This document shows, piece after piece, positions 10,404-22,600 of a stretch of DNA of 64,000 nt. Numbering within the stretch: position 1 is the first letter of the stretch; every line of letters begins with the position of its first letter. This stretch comes from Eledone cirrhosa (lineage: Eukaryota). The position numbers and the translations under genes are program-made. The stretch lies in NCBI GenBank assembly GCA_964016885.1, contig OZ024764.1, forward strand, positions 27,590,001 through 27,654,000, read 5' to 3'. A model generated the notes under the pieces. It worked only from the letters and a program-made list of their open reading frames with translations. It did no database searches and was not told where the DNA came from.

Positions 10404-11989
10404 TGGGTTACATATAAGGTCTCATTTTTTTTCTTTTCTTTCTTTCAGTTTTCTTCTTATCTCTAGATATAAATATATATACATGAGGTAACTTGGTAGA
10501 ATTGTTAGAACATCAGATAGAATTCTTTGCAGTATTTTTCCAGTTCTTTACTCTGAGTTCAACTTTACCTTTCTTCCATTCAGTGTCGATAAGTCTTGAA
10601 TATGTCTAACGTAGCAATAACTGGAGCTACTTAACCAAGTTTTCCCAACCTAGTCGATGTCACCTACTGGTTGGCGATTTAAACTGTTGGCTGCGACAAT
10701 GACCAACTAATCAGTCAGATTCGAACTCACTATGTCTGGCATATATTTTATATTTTATATTTGAATGAAGTTCTGTAAGTAACCTGGTGGCTTAGATGGC
10801 AATACTGCTCGAATAGATGGCTTCTATTATGCAGTTATAAGTTCATTCCCTATCCAGGATTGTAGAATTAATTTTATTTAGTTATTATTTAATCAATTGT
10901 TTTAACAAACAAATTATATCTATAAAACGCCAAATATAGTGAGTTCAAATCTGACTGACATGCATGGTATATATTTATGTTTCATTATACAGCGACACAA
11001 TACACAGGAACTTATAAAGATATGTATATATTGTCCAGGAGTTTCGAGTTTAGTGGGAATTGGTACAACTCTCAATTGGAGCTAGTCCCTGCAAGATCAG
11101 CATAAATAATGTTATACCTTTTCATGAAATCTTGCACACCCGATATTTTATACATGATTATTTAAAGGTGAACAAAAACCAAAGAACATTGTGCAGCATT
11201 TCTCAACCTTTCTACCCATGTCGATCTCTTGAAATAGTTTTTATGTCTCAGGGAAGCCCTGCATAAAATATACTTTTTCTATCTCTAGAGCAGTGGTTCC
11301 CGAATCGTGTGCTGCGAGATGAAACAAGATGAGCTGCAAAAGACTAAGATTAAGTTTTATGATGTGAAAAATGTAAAGCTGAAATTTCATATAAAAGTTC
11401 AAATATAGCTACAGCCACAAACCTAGGCTCCACACCCCGCAATGCAGAGGATAGTAAGATAGTACCAAGGCCTGACTCACCTCTTCCACTCCATTGAGAC
11501 CTCTGCCATACTTGGTCCCTGTACTGCTGATTTCCTCCATAAAGTCGGGAGGAAAGATGACAGGAGCCTCATGAGGAGGGGCGACTATTGTAGCAGGTGT
11601 CTCTGGCCTTGCTCCGAGGTAACGCTTTTACGTTTCTTCCACAGGTTGCGGCTGAGGGACCACTTAGACTGGGGTGAAGTGTCTGTCCCTCCCCCGACTT
11701 CTTACTTCTTTTTTTTTCTCCTTTTCATTTTCTTTTCTCTTCTTGCTTATCTCTGCTATACCACGGCATCAAAAACATATATGATATATGTATGTATGGT
11801 ATAGGTGTATTTATATTTAGGATAGTTATCAAAGGTAAATAGACTGGTTGGAGCAATAACAGTCTTGTTTATGTATATACATATATATATATATTTATAT
11901 GTTTGTTCTTGTATTTCCATAGAAAAGGTAAAGAAAAGAAGAGTGCTCTATGTATTGTACAGAGCTATTTAATTACATAATAAACAACA

Positions 11990-12734
11990 GAATGGAAAAC
12001 ATTCAGACAGAGAAGAATGGATAATGAGCGTTGTAAGAGAAATTGGCCAACAATTAATATTAATGGAAATGTAGAAGAATTTCATATTAGTGATATGAAT
12101 GTTTCGTGTGATCACTGTGGAGCTTTGAAATTTAGAAATGAAAATTGTAACTGTTGTAATAAAGGAAAGGTTGTGTTGCCACCATTGCAAATATACCCTG
12201 AGAGACTGAGAAATCTCTTTGAAAGAGGCCAGGAAGCAGTTGATTTCACAGAAACATCTGCAATTAAAACTACATTTATTTCACTTCATTTGGTGTTACC
12301 ACCCGGCAGAGGCCCGTATAGCTTTCATATTCAGGGTCAAACATATCACTACACCCCCATCTCTGTAACCTGCAGAAAATACACCACAATATGGCCAGTT
12401 ATATATTATTGATGGGAACGAAGGTATGTAGCACAGATTGGAAGTACGTCCAAATAATTGTTTCTAGCACAAGGCCAGCAATTACTGGTACTTTATTCTA
12501 TCGACCTAATAAGGATGAAAACAAAGTCAACCTTGGAGGGATTTGAACCCAGAACGTAAAGGGACATAACCCTATGCTGTAAAGCATGGTGTCTGGCGCT
12601 CTACCGATACTGCCAATCCACTGCCCTAGTACCAACAAATAATGACTGCTCACCACAAAAAATGGCTATGATAAGAGAAGTGTTGCATGAATGTAATTCA
12701 TATGTCGAAGTGTACAATACAATGCATGGCATCA
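11990..12734 (+). pseudogene. RepHel 5' half
   Basis: CDHCGALKF..CCNKGKVVLPPL..PPGRGPYSFHIQGQTYH; matches 45140-45881, then diverges after GGCATCA. Confidence 0.85.
12459..12627 (-). mobile_element. Cephalopod-type tRNA-derived SINE inserted in RepHel
   Basis: TATCGACC..AAGGATGAAA..AAAGTCAACC..GGATTTGAACCCAGAACGTAAAG; flanked by an imperfect 16-bp TSD AGTACnnnCAAATAAT. Confidence 0.8.
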
Positions 12735-12738
12735 CAAA

Positions 12739-12773
<35 letters not shown>

Positions 12774-13304
12774 TACTAAAGAGTATGTAAAATTTTAAAA
12801 TAAATACTTTAATTCAATTTGTATAATTACACATACAATATGTTTTGTTGTAAAACCCTAAATAATGATTTAAGAAATGATGTCATTCTCTTTGTACAGA
12901 GAAAAACAATTTATATATATGCATTGTGTGCGCGTGTATACTCCATTTAAGACAGTGAAAAACCTAGTACCTCCTTCAAAGAATGCCAAATAGTTTATGC
13001 CTAAGGTGTAACACTAATTAAGTTACCGGTGTAGATATTTCAGTTGAACCCTGCTTCAAACATGCATATTATTATTATATATTTTCAAACACACTTACAT
13101 ACATTATATTTATACACATAGAAATAATAAGTTAAAACTAAAGTATAATGATATAACAACAGTATATAATAGTTTTCTTCACTTTATTGAAATGCAATCG
13201 TTTTAAAGAAAAAACATGACAGTATAAGAAATATTTAATATGATAACATAATATTTCAGGTAGGATGGTCGTTTCTCTATGATGGTGGTTTCTCTTTGAA
13301 CTAA

Positions 13305-13472
13305 TAATTGTTTCTATTTTAGGCACAAGGTCAGTAATTAACCAGTACATTACTGGTACTTTATTTTATCGACCCCGTAAGGATGAAAGGCAAAGTTGAC
13401 CTCGGATCATAAAGGGACGTAACTATGCTGGAAAGCATGGCGTCAGACCCTCTACCGATACTGCCAATTCAC
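13305..13472 (-). mobile_element. Cephalopod-type SINE (truncated copy at ~56170-56316)
   Basis: CTGGTACTTTATTTTATCGACCCCGTAAGGATGAAAGGCAAAGTTGACCTCGG. Confidence 0.8.
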
Positions 13473-13664
13473 CATACAGTATAATTATACAAATATGCAT
13501 ATAGATAGCAATATATATACACTAATATGTATGTACATATTTACACATATGTACATATATATAGGGAGAGAGAGAGACACATGTATGTATATATATATAC
13601 ACATGCGTGTATGCATGTGTGTTTATGTACATTCTTCGGTATATATATCGGTATACACATTGGA

Positions 13665-16600
13665 GACACAGAGAGAGAGAGTTGAAACGAGAGGTGAGAG
13701 AGTTGAAACAAGAGAGGAGATGGTTGAAACACGAGGAGAGAGAGAGAGTTGAAACGAGAGGAGAGAGAGAGAGTTGAAACGAGGAGAGAGTTGAAACAAG
13801 AGGGTGAGGGGAGAGAGGAAGAGAGAGAGAGAGAGGAAGAGAGAGAGAGGGGATGAGAGAGAGCAATAGAGATAGAGGGGAAGAGAGAGAGGGGGAGAGA
13901 AGGGGATGAAACAACAGAGAGAGGGGAGAGAAAGAGAGAGGGGATAGAAAGAGAGAGAGAGAGAGAGAGAGAGAAAGAATTGAAACAAGAGAGAGATGAA
14001 ACAAGTGAGGGATTAGAGAGAGATGAAACAAGTGAGGGATTAGAGTGTTGAAACAAGAGAGAGAGAGCGAGATGAAATGAGAGAAAGAGAGTGAGATGAA
14101 ATGAGAGAGTGGGAGCGAGATGAAACGAGACAGGGAGAGCGAGATGAAATGAGAGAGTTAGAGTGAGATGAAACGAGAGAGTGAGAGCGAGATGAAACGA
14201 GAGACAGAGAGAGCGAGATGACACGAGACAGAGAGCGAGATGAAATGAGAGAGAGAGAGAGAGAGAGAGATGAAAAGAGAGAGAGAGTGCGAGATGAAAC
14301 GAGAGTGAGAGAGCGAGATGAAACGAGAGAGTGAGAGCGAGATGAAATGAGAGAGAGAGAGAACGAGATGAAATGAGAGAGAGAGAGAGCGAGATGAAAT
14401 GAGACATAGAGAGATGAAACGAGAGCGAGATGAAACGAGAGAGAGGAAACGTGAGTAGAGAGCGAGATGAAACAGGAGCGAGAGAGCGAGATGAAACGAG
14501 AGGGAGAGAGAGATGAAACGAGAGCGAGAGAGAGATAGAGGGAAATGAAACGTCAGAGAGAGAGACAGATGAAACGAGGGATATAGAGATGAAACGAGAG
14601 AGAGAGATGAAACGAGAGAGAGGAAGAGAGAGATAGAACGAGAGAGAGGAAGAGAGAGATGAAACGAGAGAGAAGAAGACAGAGGTGAAACGAGAGAGAG
14701 AGCGAGATGAAACGAGAGAGAGAGCGAGATGAAACGAGAGAGAGGAAGAGAGAGAGCGAGAGATGAAACTCTGTCATGGACATATCTGACCCTGGGGCTA
14801 ATAATTGTCATGTAATGTTATGGACATCTCTGCCCCTGTGGCTAATAATTCTGTCATGTAATGTTATGGACATCTCTGCCCCTGTGGCTAATAATTCTGT
14901 CATGTAATGTTATGGAAATCTCTGCCCCTGTGGCTAATAATTCTGACATGTAATGTTATGGAATCTCTGCCCCTGTGGCTAATAAATCTGTCATTTGATG
15001 TTACGGACATCTCTGCCCCTGTGGCTAATAAATCTGTCATGTAATGTTATGGACATCTCTGCCCCTGTGGCTAATAATTCTGACATGTAATGTTATGGAC
15101 ATCTCTGCCCCTGTAGCTAATAATTCTGACATGTAATGTTATGGACATCTCTGCCCCTGTGGCTAATAAATTCGTCATGTAATGTTATGGACATCTCTGC
15201 CCCTGTGGCTAATAAATCTGTCATGTAATGTTATGGACATCTCTGCCCCTGTGGCTAATAATTCTGACATGTAATGTTATGGACATCTCTGCCCCTGTGG
15301 CTAATAATTCAGACATGTAATGTTATGGACATCTCTGCCCCTGTGGCTAATAATTCTGAGAGAGATGAAACAAGTGAGGGATTAGAGAGAGATGAAACAA
15401 GTGAGGGATTAGAGTGTTGAAACAAGAGAGAGAGAGGAAGAGAGAGTGAGAGCGAAATCAAACGAGAGAGAGCGAGATGAAATGAGAGAGTGAGAGCGAG
15501 ATGAAACGAGAGAGAGAGAGAGAGCGAGATGAAATGAGAGAGAGAGAGCGAGATGAAATGAGAGAGAGAGAGCGAGATGAAACGAGACAGAGAGAGCGGG
15601 ATGAAACGAGACAGAGAGAGCGAGAGCGAGATGAAACGGGACAGAGAGAGCGAGATGAAACGAGAGAGAGAGAGCGAGATGAAATGAGAGAGAGAGAGCG
15701 AGATGAAATGAGAGAGAGAGAGCGAGATGAAACGAGAGAGTGAGAGCGAGATGGAACGAGACAGAGAGAGCGAGATGAAACGAGAGTGGGAGAGCTAGAT
15801 GAAACGAGAGAGAGGGGAAATGAGAGAGACGAAACGAGAGAGAGGAAACGAGAGTAGAGAGCGAGATGAAACAGGAGAGAGAGAGCGAGATGAAACAGGA
15901 GCGAGAGAGCGAGATGAAACGAGAGGGAGAGAGAGATGAAACGAGAGAGCGAGAGAGAGATAGAGGGAGATGAAACGACAGAGAGAGAGACAGATGAAAC
16001 GAGGGAGATAGAGATGAAACGAGAGAGAGAGATGAAACGAGAGAGAGGAAGAGAGAGATGGAACGAGAGAGAGGAAGAGAGAGATGGAACGAGAGAGAGG
16101 AAGACAGAGATGAAACGAGAGAGAGAGAGAGCAAGATGAAACGAGAGAGAGAGATGAAACGAGAGAGAGGAAGAGAGAGATGGAACGAGAGAGAGGAAGA
16201 GAGAGATGGAACGAGCGAGAGGAAGACAGAGATGAAACGAGACAGAGAGAGATCGAGATGAAACGAGAGAGAGGAAGAGAGAGAGCGCAAGATGAAACGA
16301 GAGAGAGATAGAGAGCGAGATGAAACGAGAGAGAGGAAGAGAGAGAGCGCGAGATGAAACGAGAGAGAGGAAGAGAGAGAGAGAGCGCGAGATGAAATGA
16401 GAGAGAGAGAGAGCGAGATGAAATGAGAGATTGAGAGTGAGATGAAACGAGAGAGTGAGAGAGAGCGAGATGAAATGAGAGAGAGAGAGCGAGATGAAAT
16501 GAGAGAGAGAGAGCGAGATGAAACGAGACAGAGAGAGCGGGATGAAACGAGACAGAGAGATCGAGATGAAATGAGAGAGAGAGAGCGAGATGAAATGAGA

Positions 16601-19600
16601 GAGAGAGAGCGAGATGAAACGAGAGAGTGAGAGCGAGATGGAACGAGTCAGAGAGAGCGAAATGAAACGAGAGAGTGAGAGCTAGATGAAACGAGAGAGA
16701 GAGGAAACGAGAGAGAGAGGAAACGAGAGAGAGGAAACGAGAGAGAGGAACCGAGAGTAGAGAGCAAGATGAAACAGGAGAGAGAGAGAGCGAGATGAAA
16801 CCGGAGAGAGAGAGCGAGATGAAACGAGAGGGAGGGAGAGATGAAACGAGAGAGCGAGAGAGAGATAGAGGGAGATGAAACGAGAGAGTGATAGCTAGAT
16901 GAAACGAGAGAGAGAGGAATAGAGAGATGGAACGAGAGAGAGGAAGACAGATATGAAACGAGAGAGAGAGAGAGCGAGATGAAACGAGAGAGAGGAAGAG
17001 AGAGAGCGCGAGATGAAAGTCTGTCATGTAATGTTATGGACATATCTGCCCTTGGGGCTAATAATTGTCATGTAATGTTATGGACATATCTACCCTTGGG
17101 GCTAATAATTGTCATGTAATGTTATGTACATCTCTGCCCCTGTGGCAAATAATTCTGTCATGTAATGTTATGGACATCTCTGTCCCTGTGGCTAATAATT
17201 ATGTCATGTAATGTTATGGACATCTCTGCCCCTGTGGCTAATAATTCTGTCATGTAATGTTATGGACATCTCTGCCCCTGTGGCTAATAAATTCGTCATG
17301 TAATGTTATGGACATCTCTGCCCCTGTGGCTAATAAATCTGTCATGTAATGTTATGGACATCTCTGCCCCTGTGGCTAATAATTCTGACATGTAATGTTA
17401 TGGATATCTCTGCCCCTGTGGCTAATAATTCTGAGAGAGATGAAACAAGTGAGGGATAAGAGAGAGATGAAACAAATGAGGGATTAGAGTGTTGAAACAA
17501 GAGAGAGAGAGGAAGAGAGAGTGAGAGCGAGATCAAACGAGAGAGAGAGAGCGAGATGAAATGAGAGAGTGAGAGCGAGATGAAACGAGAGAGAGAGAGC
17601 GAGATGAAATGAGAGAGCGAGAGCGAGATGAAATGAGAGAGAGAGAGCGAGATGAAACGAGACAGAGAGAGCGAGATGAAACGAGAGAGAGAGAGAGCGA
17701 AATGAAACGAGACAGATTAGAGCGAGATGAAACGAGAGAGAGAGAGCGAGATGAAATGAGAGAGAGAGAGCGAGATGAAACGAGAGAGTGAGAGCTAGAG
17801 GAAACGAGAGAGAGAGGAAACGAGAGAGAGGATACGAGAGAGAGGAAACGAGAGTAGAGAGCGAGATGAAACAGGAGAGAGAGAGCGAGATGAAACAGGA
17901 GAGAGAGAGCGAGATGAAACGAGAGGGAGAGAGAGATGAAACGAGAGAGCGAGAGAGAGATAGAGGGAGATGAAACGACAGAGAGAGAGACAGATGAAAC
18001 GAGGGAGATAGAGATGAAACGAGAGAGAGGAAGAGAGAGATGGAACGAGAGAGAGGAAGAGAGAGATGGAACGAGAGAGAGGAAGACAGAGATGAAACGA
18101 GAGAGAGAGAGAGCGAGATGAAACGAGAGAGAGGAAGAGAGAACGCGAGATGAAACGAGAGAGAGAGAGAGCAAGATGAAACGAGAGAGAGGAAGAGAGA
18201 GAGCGCAAGATGAAACGAGAGAGAGAGCGCGAGATGAAAGTCTGTCATGTAATGTTATGGACATATCTGCCCTTGGGGCTAATAATTGTCATGTAATGTT
18301 ATGGAAATCTCTGCCTCTGTGGCTAATAATTCTTTCATGTAATGTTATGGACATCTCTGCCCCTGTGGCTAATAATTCTGTCATGTAATGTTATGGACAT
18401 CTCTGCCCCTGTGGCTAATAAATCTGTCATGTAATGTTATGGACATCTCTGCCCCTGTGGCTAATAATTCTGACATGTAATGTTATGGACATCTCTGCCC
18501 CTGTGGCTAATAAATATGACATGTAATGTTATGGACATCTCTGCCCCTGTGGCTAATAAATCTGTCATGTAATGTTATGTACATCTCTGCCCCTGTGGCT
18601 AATATTTCTGACATGTAATGTTATGGACATCTCTGCCCCTGTGGCTAATAATTCTGAGAGAGATGAAACAAGTGAGGGATTAGAGAGAGATGAAACAAGT
18701 GAGGGATTAGAGTGTTGAAACAAGAGAGAGAGAGAGGAAGAGAGAGTGAGAGCGAAATCAAACGAGAGAGAGCGAGATGAAATGAGAGAGTGAGAGCGAG
18801 ATGAAACGAGACAGAGAGAGCGAGATGAAACGAGAGAGAGAGAGCGAGATGAAATGAGAGAGAGAGGGCGAGATGAAATGAGAGAGAGAGAGCGAGATGA
18901 AACGAGAGAGTGAGAGCGAGATGGAACGAGACAGAGAGAGCGAGATGAAACGAGAGTGGGAGAGCTAGATGAAACGAGAGAGAGAGGAAACGAGAGAGAC
19001 GAAACGAGAGAGAGGAAACGAGAGTAGAGAGCGAGATGAAACAGGAGAGAGAGAGCGAGATGAAACAGGAGAGAGAGAGCGAGATGAAACGAGAGGGAGA
19101 GAGAGATGAAACGAGAGAGCGAGAGAGAGATAGAGGGAGATGAAACGACAGAGAGAGAGACAGATGAAACGAGGGAGATAGAGATGAAACGAGAGAGAGA
19201 GATGAAACGAGAGAGAGGAAGAGAGAGATGGAACGAGAGAGAGGAAGGGAGAGATGGAACGAGAGAGAGGAAGACAGAGATGAAACGAGAGAGAGAGAGA
19301 GCAAGATGAAACGAGAGAGAGAGATGAAACGAGAGAGAGGAAGAGAGAGATGGAACGAGAGAGAGGAAGAGAGAGATGGAACGAGCGAGAGGAAGACAGA
19401 GATGAAACGAGACAGAGAGAGATCGAGATGAAACGAGAGAGAGGAAGAGAGAGAGCGCAAGATGAAACGAGAGAGAGAGAGAGCGAGATGAAACGAGAGA
19501 GAGGAAGAGAGAGAGCGCGAGATGAAACGAGAGAGAGGAAGAGAGAGAGCGCGAGATGAAATGAGAGAGAGAGAGCGAGATGAAATGAGAGATTGAGAGT

Positions 19601-22600
19601 GAGATGAAACGAGAGAGTGAGAGAGAGCGAGATGAAATGACAGAGAGAGAGCGAGATGAAATGAGAGAGAGAGAGCGAGATGAAACGAGACAGAGAGAGC
19701 GGGATGAAACGAGACAGAGAGATCGAGATGAAATGAGAGAGAGAGAGCGAGATGAAATGAGAGAGAGAGAGCGAGATGAAACGAGAGAGTGAGAGCGAGA
19801 TGGAACGAGTCAGAGAGAGCGAGATGAAACGAGAGAGTGAGAGCTAGATGAAACGAGAGAGAGAGGAAACGAGAGAGAGAGGAAACGAGAGAGAGGAAAT
19901 GAGAGAGAGGAAACGAGAGTAGAGAGCAAGATGAAACAGGAGAGAGAGAGAGCGAGATGAAACCGGAGAGAGAGAGCGAGATGAAACGAGAGGGAGGGAG
20001 AGATGAAACGAGAGAGCGAGAGAGAGATAGAGGGAGATGAAACGAGAGAGTGATAGCTAGATGAAACGAGAGAGAGAGGAATAGAGAGATGGAACGAGAG
20101 AGAGGAAGACAGATATGAAACGAGAGAGAGAGAGAGCGAGATGAAACGAGAGAGAGGAAGAGAGAGAGCGCGAGATGAAACGAGAGAGAGAGAGCGAGAT
20201 GAAACGAGAGAGAGAGCGAGATGAAACGAGAGAGAGGAAGAGAGAGAGCGCGAGATGAAAGTCTGTCATGTAATGTTATGGACATATCTGCCCTTGGGGC
20301 TAATAATTGTCATGTAATGTTATGGACATATCTACCCTTGGGGCTAATAATTGTCATGTAATGTTATGTACATCTCTGCCCCTGTGGCAAATAATTCTGT
20401 CATGTAATGTTATGGACACCTCTGTCCCTGTGGCTAATAATTATGTCATGTAATGTTATGGACATCTCTGCCCCTGTGGCTAATAAATCTGTCATGTAAT
20501 GTTATGGACATCTCTGCCCCTGTGGCTAATAAATCTGTCATGTAATGTTTTGGACATCTCTGCCCCTGTGGCTAATAAATCTGTCATGTAATGTTATGGA
20601 CATCTCTGCCCCTGTGGCTAATAAATCTGTCATGTAATGTTTTGGACATCTCTTCCCCTGTGGCTAATAATTCTGACATGTAATGTTATGGATATCTCTG
20701 CCCCTGTGGCTAATAATTCTGAGAGAGATGAAACAAGTGAGGGATAAGAGAGAGATGAAACAAGTGAGGGATTAGAGTGTTGAAACAAGAGAGAGAGAGG
20801 AAGAGAGAGTGAGAGCGAGATCAAACGAGAGAGAGAGAGGGAGATGAAATGAGAGAGTGAGAGCGAGATGAAACGAGAGAGAGAGAGCGAGATGAAATGA
20901 GAGAGAGAGAGCGAGATGAAATGAGAGAGAGAGAGCGAGATGAAACGAGACAGAGAGAGCGAGGTGAAACGAGAGAGAGAGAGAGCGAAATGAAACGAGA
21001 CAGATTAGAGCGAGATGAAACGAGAGAGAGAGAGCAAGATGAAATGAGAGAGAGAGAGCGAGATGAAACGAGAGAGTGAGAGCTAGAGGAAACGATAGAG
21101 AGAGGAAACGAGAGAGAGAGGAAACGAGAGAGAGGATACGAGAGAGAGGAAACGAGAGTAGAGAGCGAGATGAAACAGGAGAGAGAGAGCGAGATGAAAC
21201 AGGAGAGAGAGAGCGAGATGAAACGAGAGGGAGAGTGAGATGAAACGAGAGAGCGAGAGAGAGATAGAGGGAGATGAAACGACAGAGAGAGAGACAGATG
21301 AAACGAGGGAGATAGAGATGAAACGAGAGAGAGAGATGAAACGAGAGAGAGGAAGAGAGAGATGGAACGAGAGAGAGGAAGAGAGAGATGGAACGAGAGA
21401 GAGGAAGACAGAGATGAAACGAGAGAGAGAGAGAGAGCGAGATGAAACGAGAGAGAGGAAGAGAGAGAACGCGAGATGAAACGAGAGAGAGAGCAAGATG
21501 AAACGAGAGAGAGGAAGAGAGAGAGCGCAAGATGAAACGAGAGAGAGAGAGCGCGAGATGAAAGTCTGTCATGTAATGTTATGGACATATCTGCCCTTGG
21601 GGCTAATAATTGTCATGTAATGTTATGGAAATCTCTGCCCCTGTGGCTAATAATTCTGTCATGTAATGTTATGGACATCTCTGCCCCTGTGGCTAATAAT
21701 TCTGTCATGTAATGTTATGGACATCTCTGCCCCTGTGGCTAATAAATCTGTCATGTAATGTTATGGACATCTCTGCCCCTGTGGCTAATAATTCTGACAT
21801 GTAATGTTATGGACATCTCTGCCCCTGTGGCTAATAAATATGACATGTAATGTTATGGACATCTCTGCCCCTGTGGCTAATAAATCTGTCATGTAATGTT
21901 ATGGACATCTCTGCCCCTGTGGCTAATAATTCTGACATGTAATGTTATGGACATCTCTGCCCCTGTGACTAATAAATCTGTCATGTAATGTTATGGACAT
22001 CTCTGCCCCTGTGGCTAATAATTCTGACATGTAATGTTATGGACATCTCTGCCCCTGTGGCTAATAATTCTGTCATGTAATGTTATGGACATCTCTGCCC
22101 CTGTGGCTAATAAATTCGTCATGTAATGTTATGGACATCTCTGCCCCTGTGGCTAATAAATCTGTCATGTAATGTTATGGACATCTCTGCCCCTGTGGCT
22201 AATAATTCTGACATGTAATGTTATGGATATCTCTGCCCCTGTGGCTAATAATTCTGAGAGAGATGAAACAAGTGAGGGATAAGAGAGAGATGAAACAAAT
22301 GAGGGATTAGAGTGTTGAAACAAGAGAGAGAGAGGAAGAGAGAGTGAGAGCGAGATCAAACGAGAGAGAGAGAGCGAGATGAAATGAGAGAGTGAGAGCG
22401 AGATGAAACGAGAGAGAGAGAGCGAGATGAAATGAGAGAGCGAGAGCGAGATGAAATGAGAGAGAGAGAGCGAGATGAAACGAGACAGAGAGAGCGAGAT
22501 GAAACGAGAGAGAGAGAGAGCGAAATGAAACGAGACAGATTAGAGCGAGATGAAACGAGAGAGAGAGAGCGAGATGAAATGAGAGAGAGAGAGCGAGATG

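Noticed and set aside
14771-15357. 46-bp arrays and GTTGAAAC/GTTTCAAC motifs as a CRISPR array
   Set aside because: Units are contiguous with no unique spacers, there are no cas genes, and the context is eukaryotic
15370-15415. GAGGGATTAG linker as telomeric repeat
   Set aside because: No tandem TTAGGG; only a superficial resemblance
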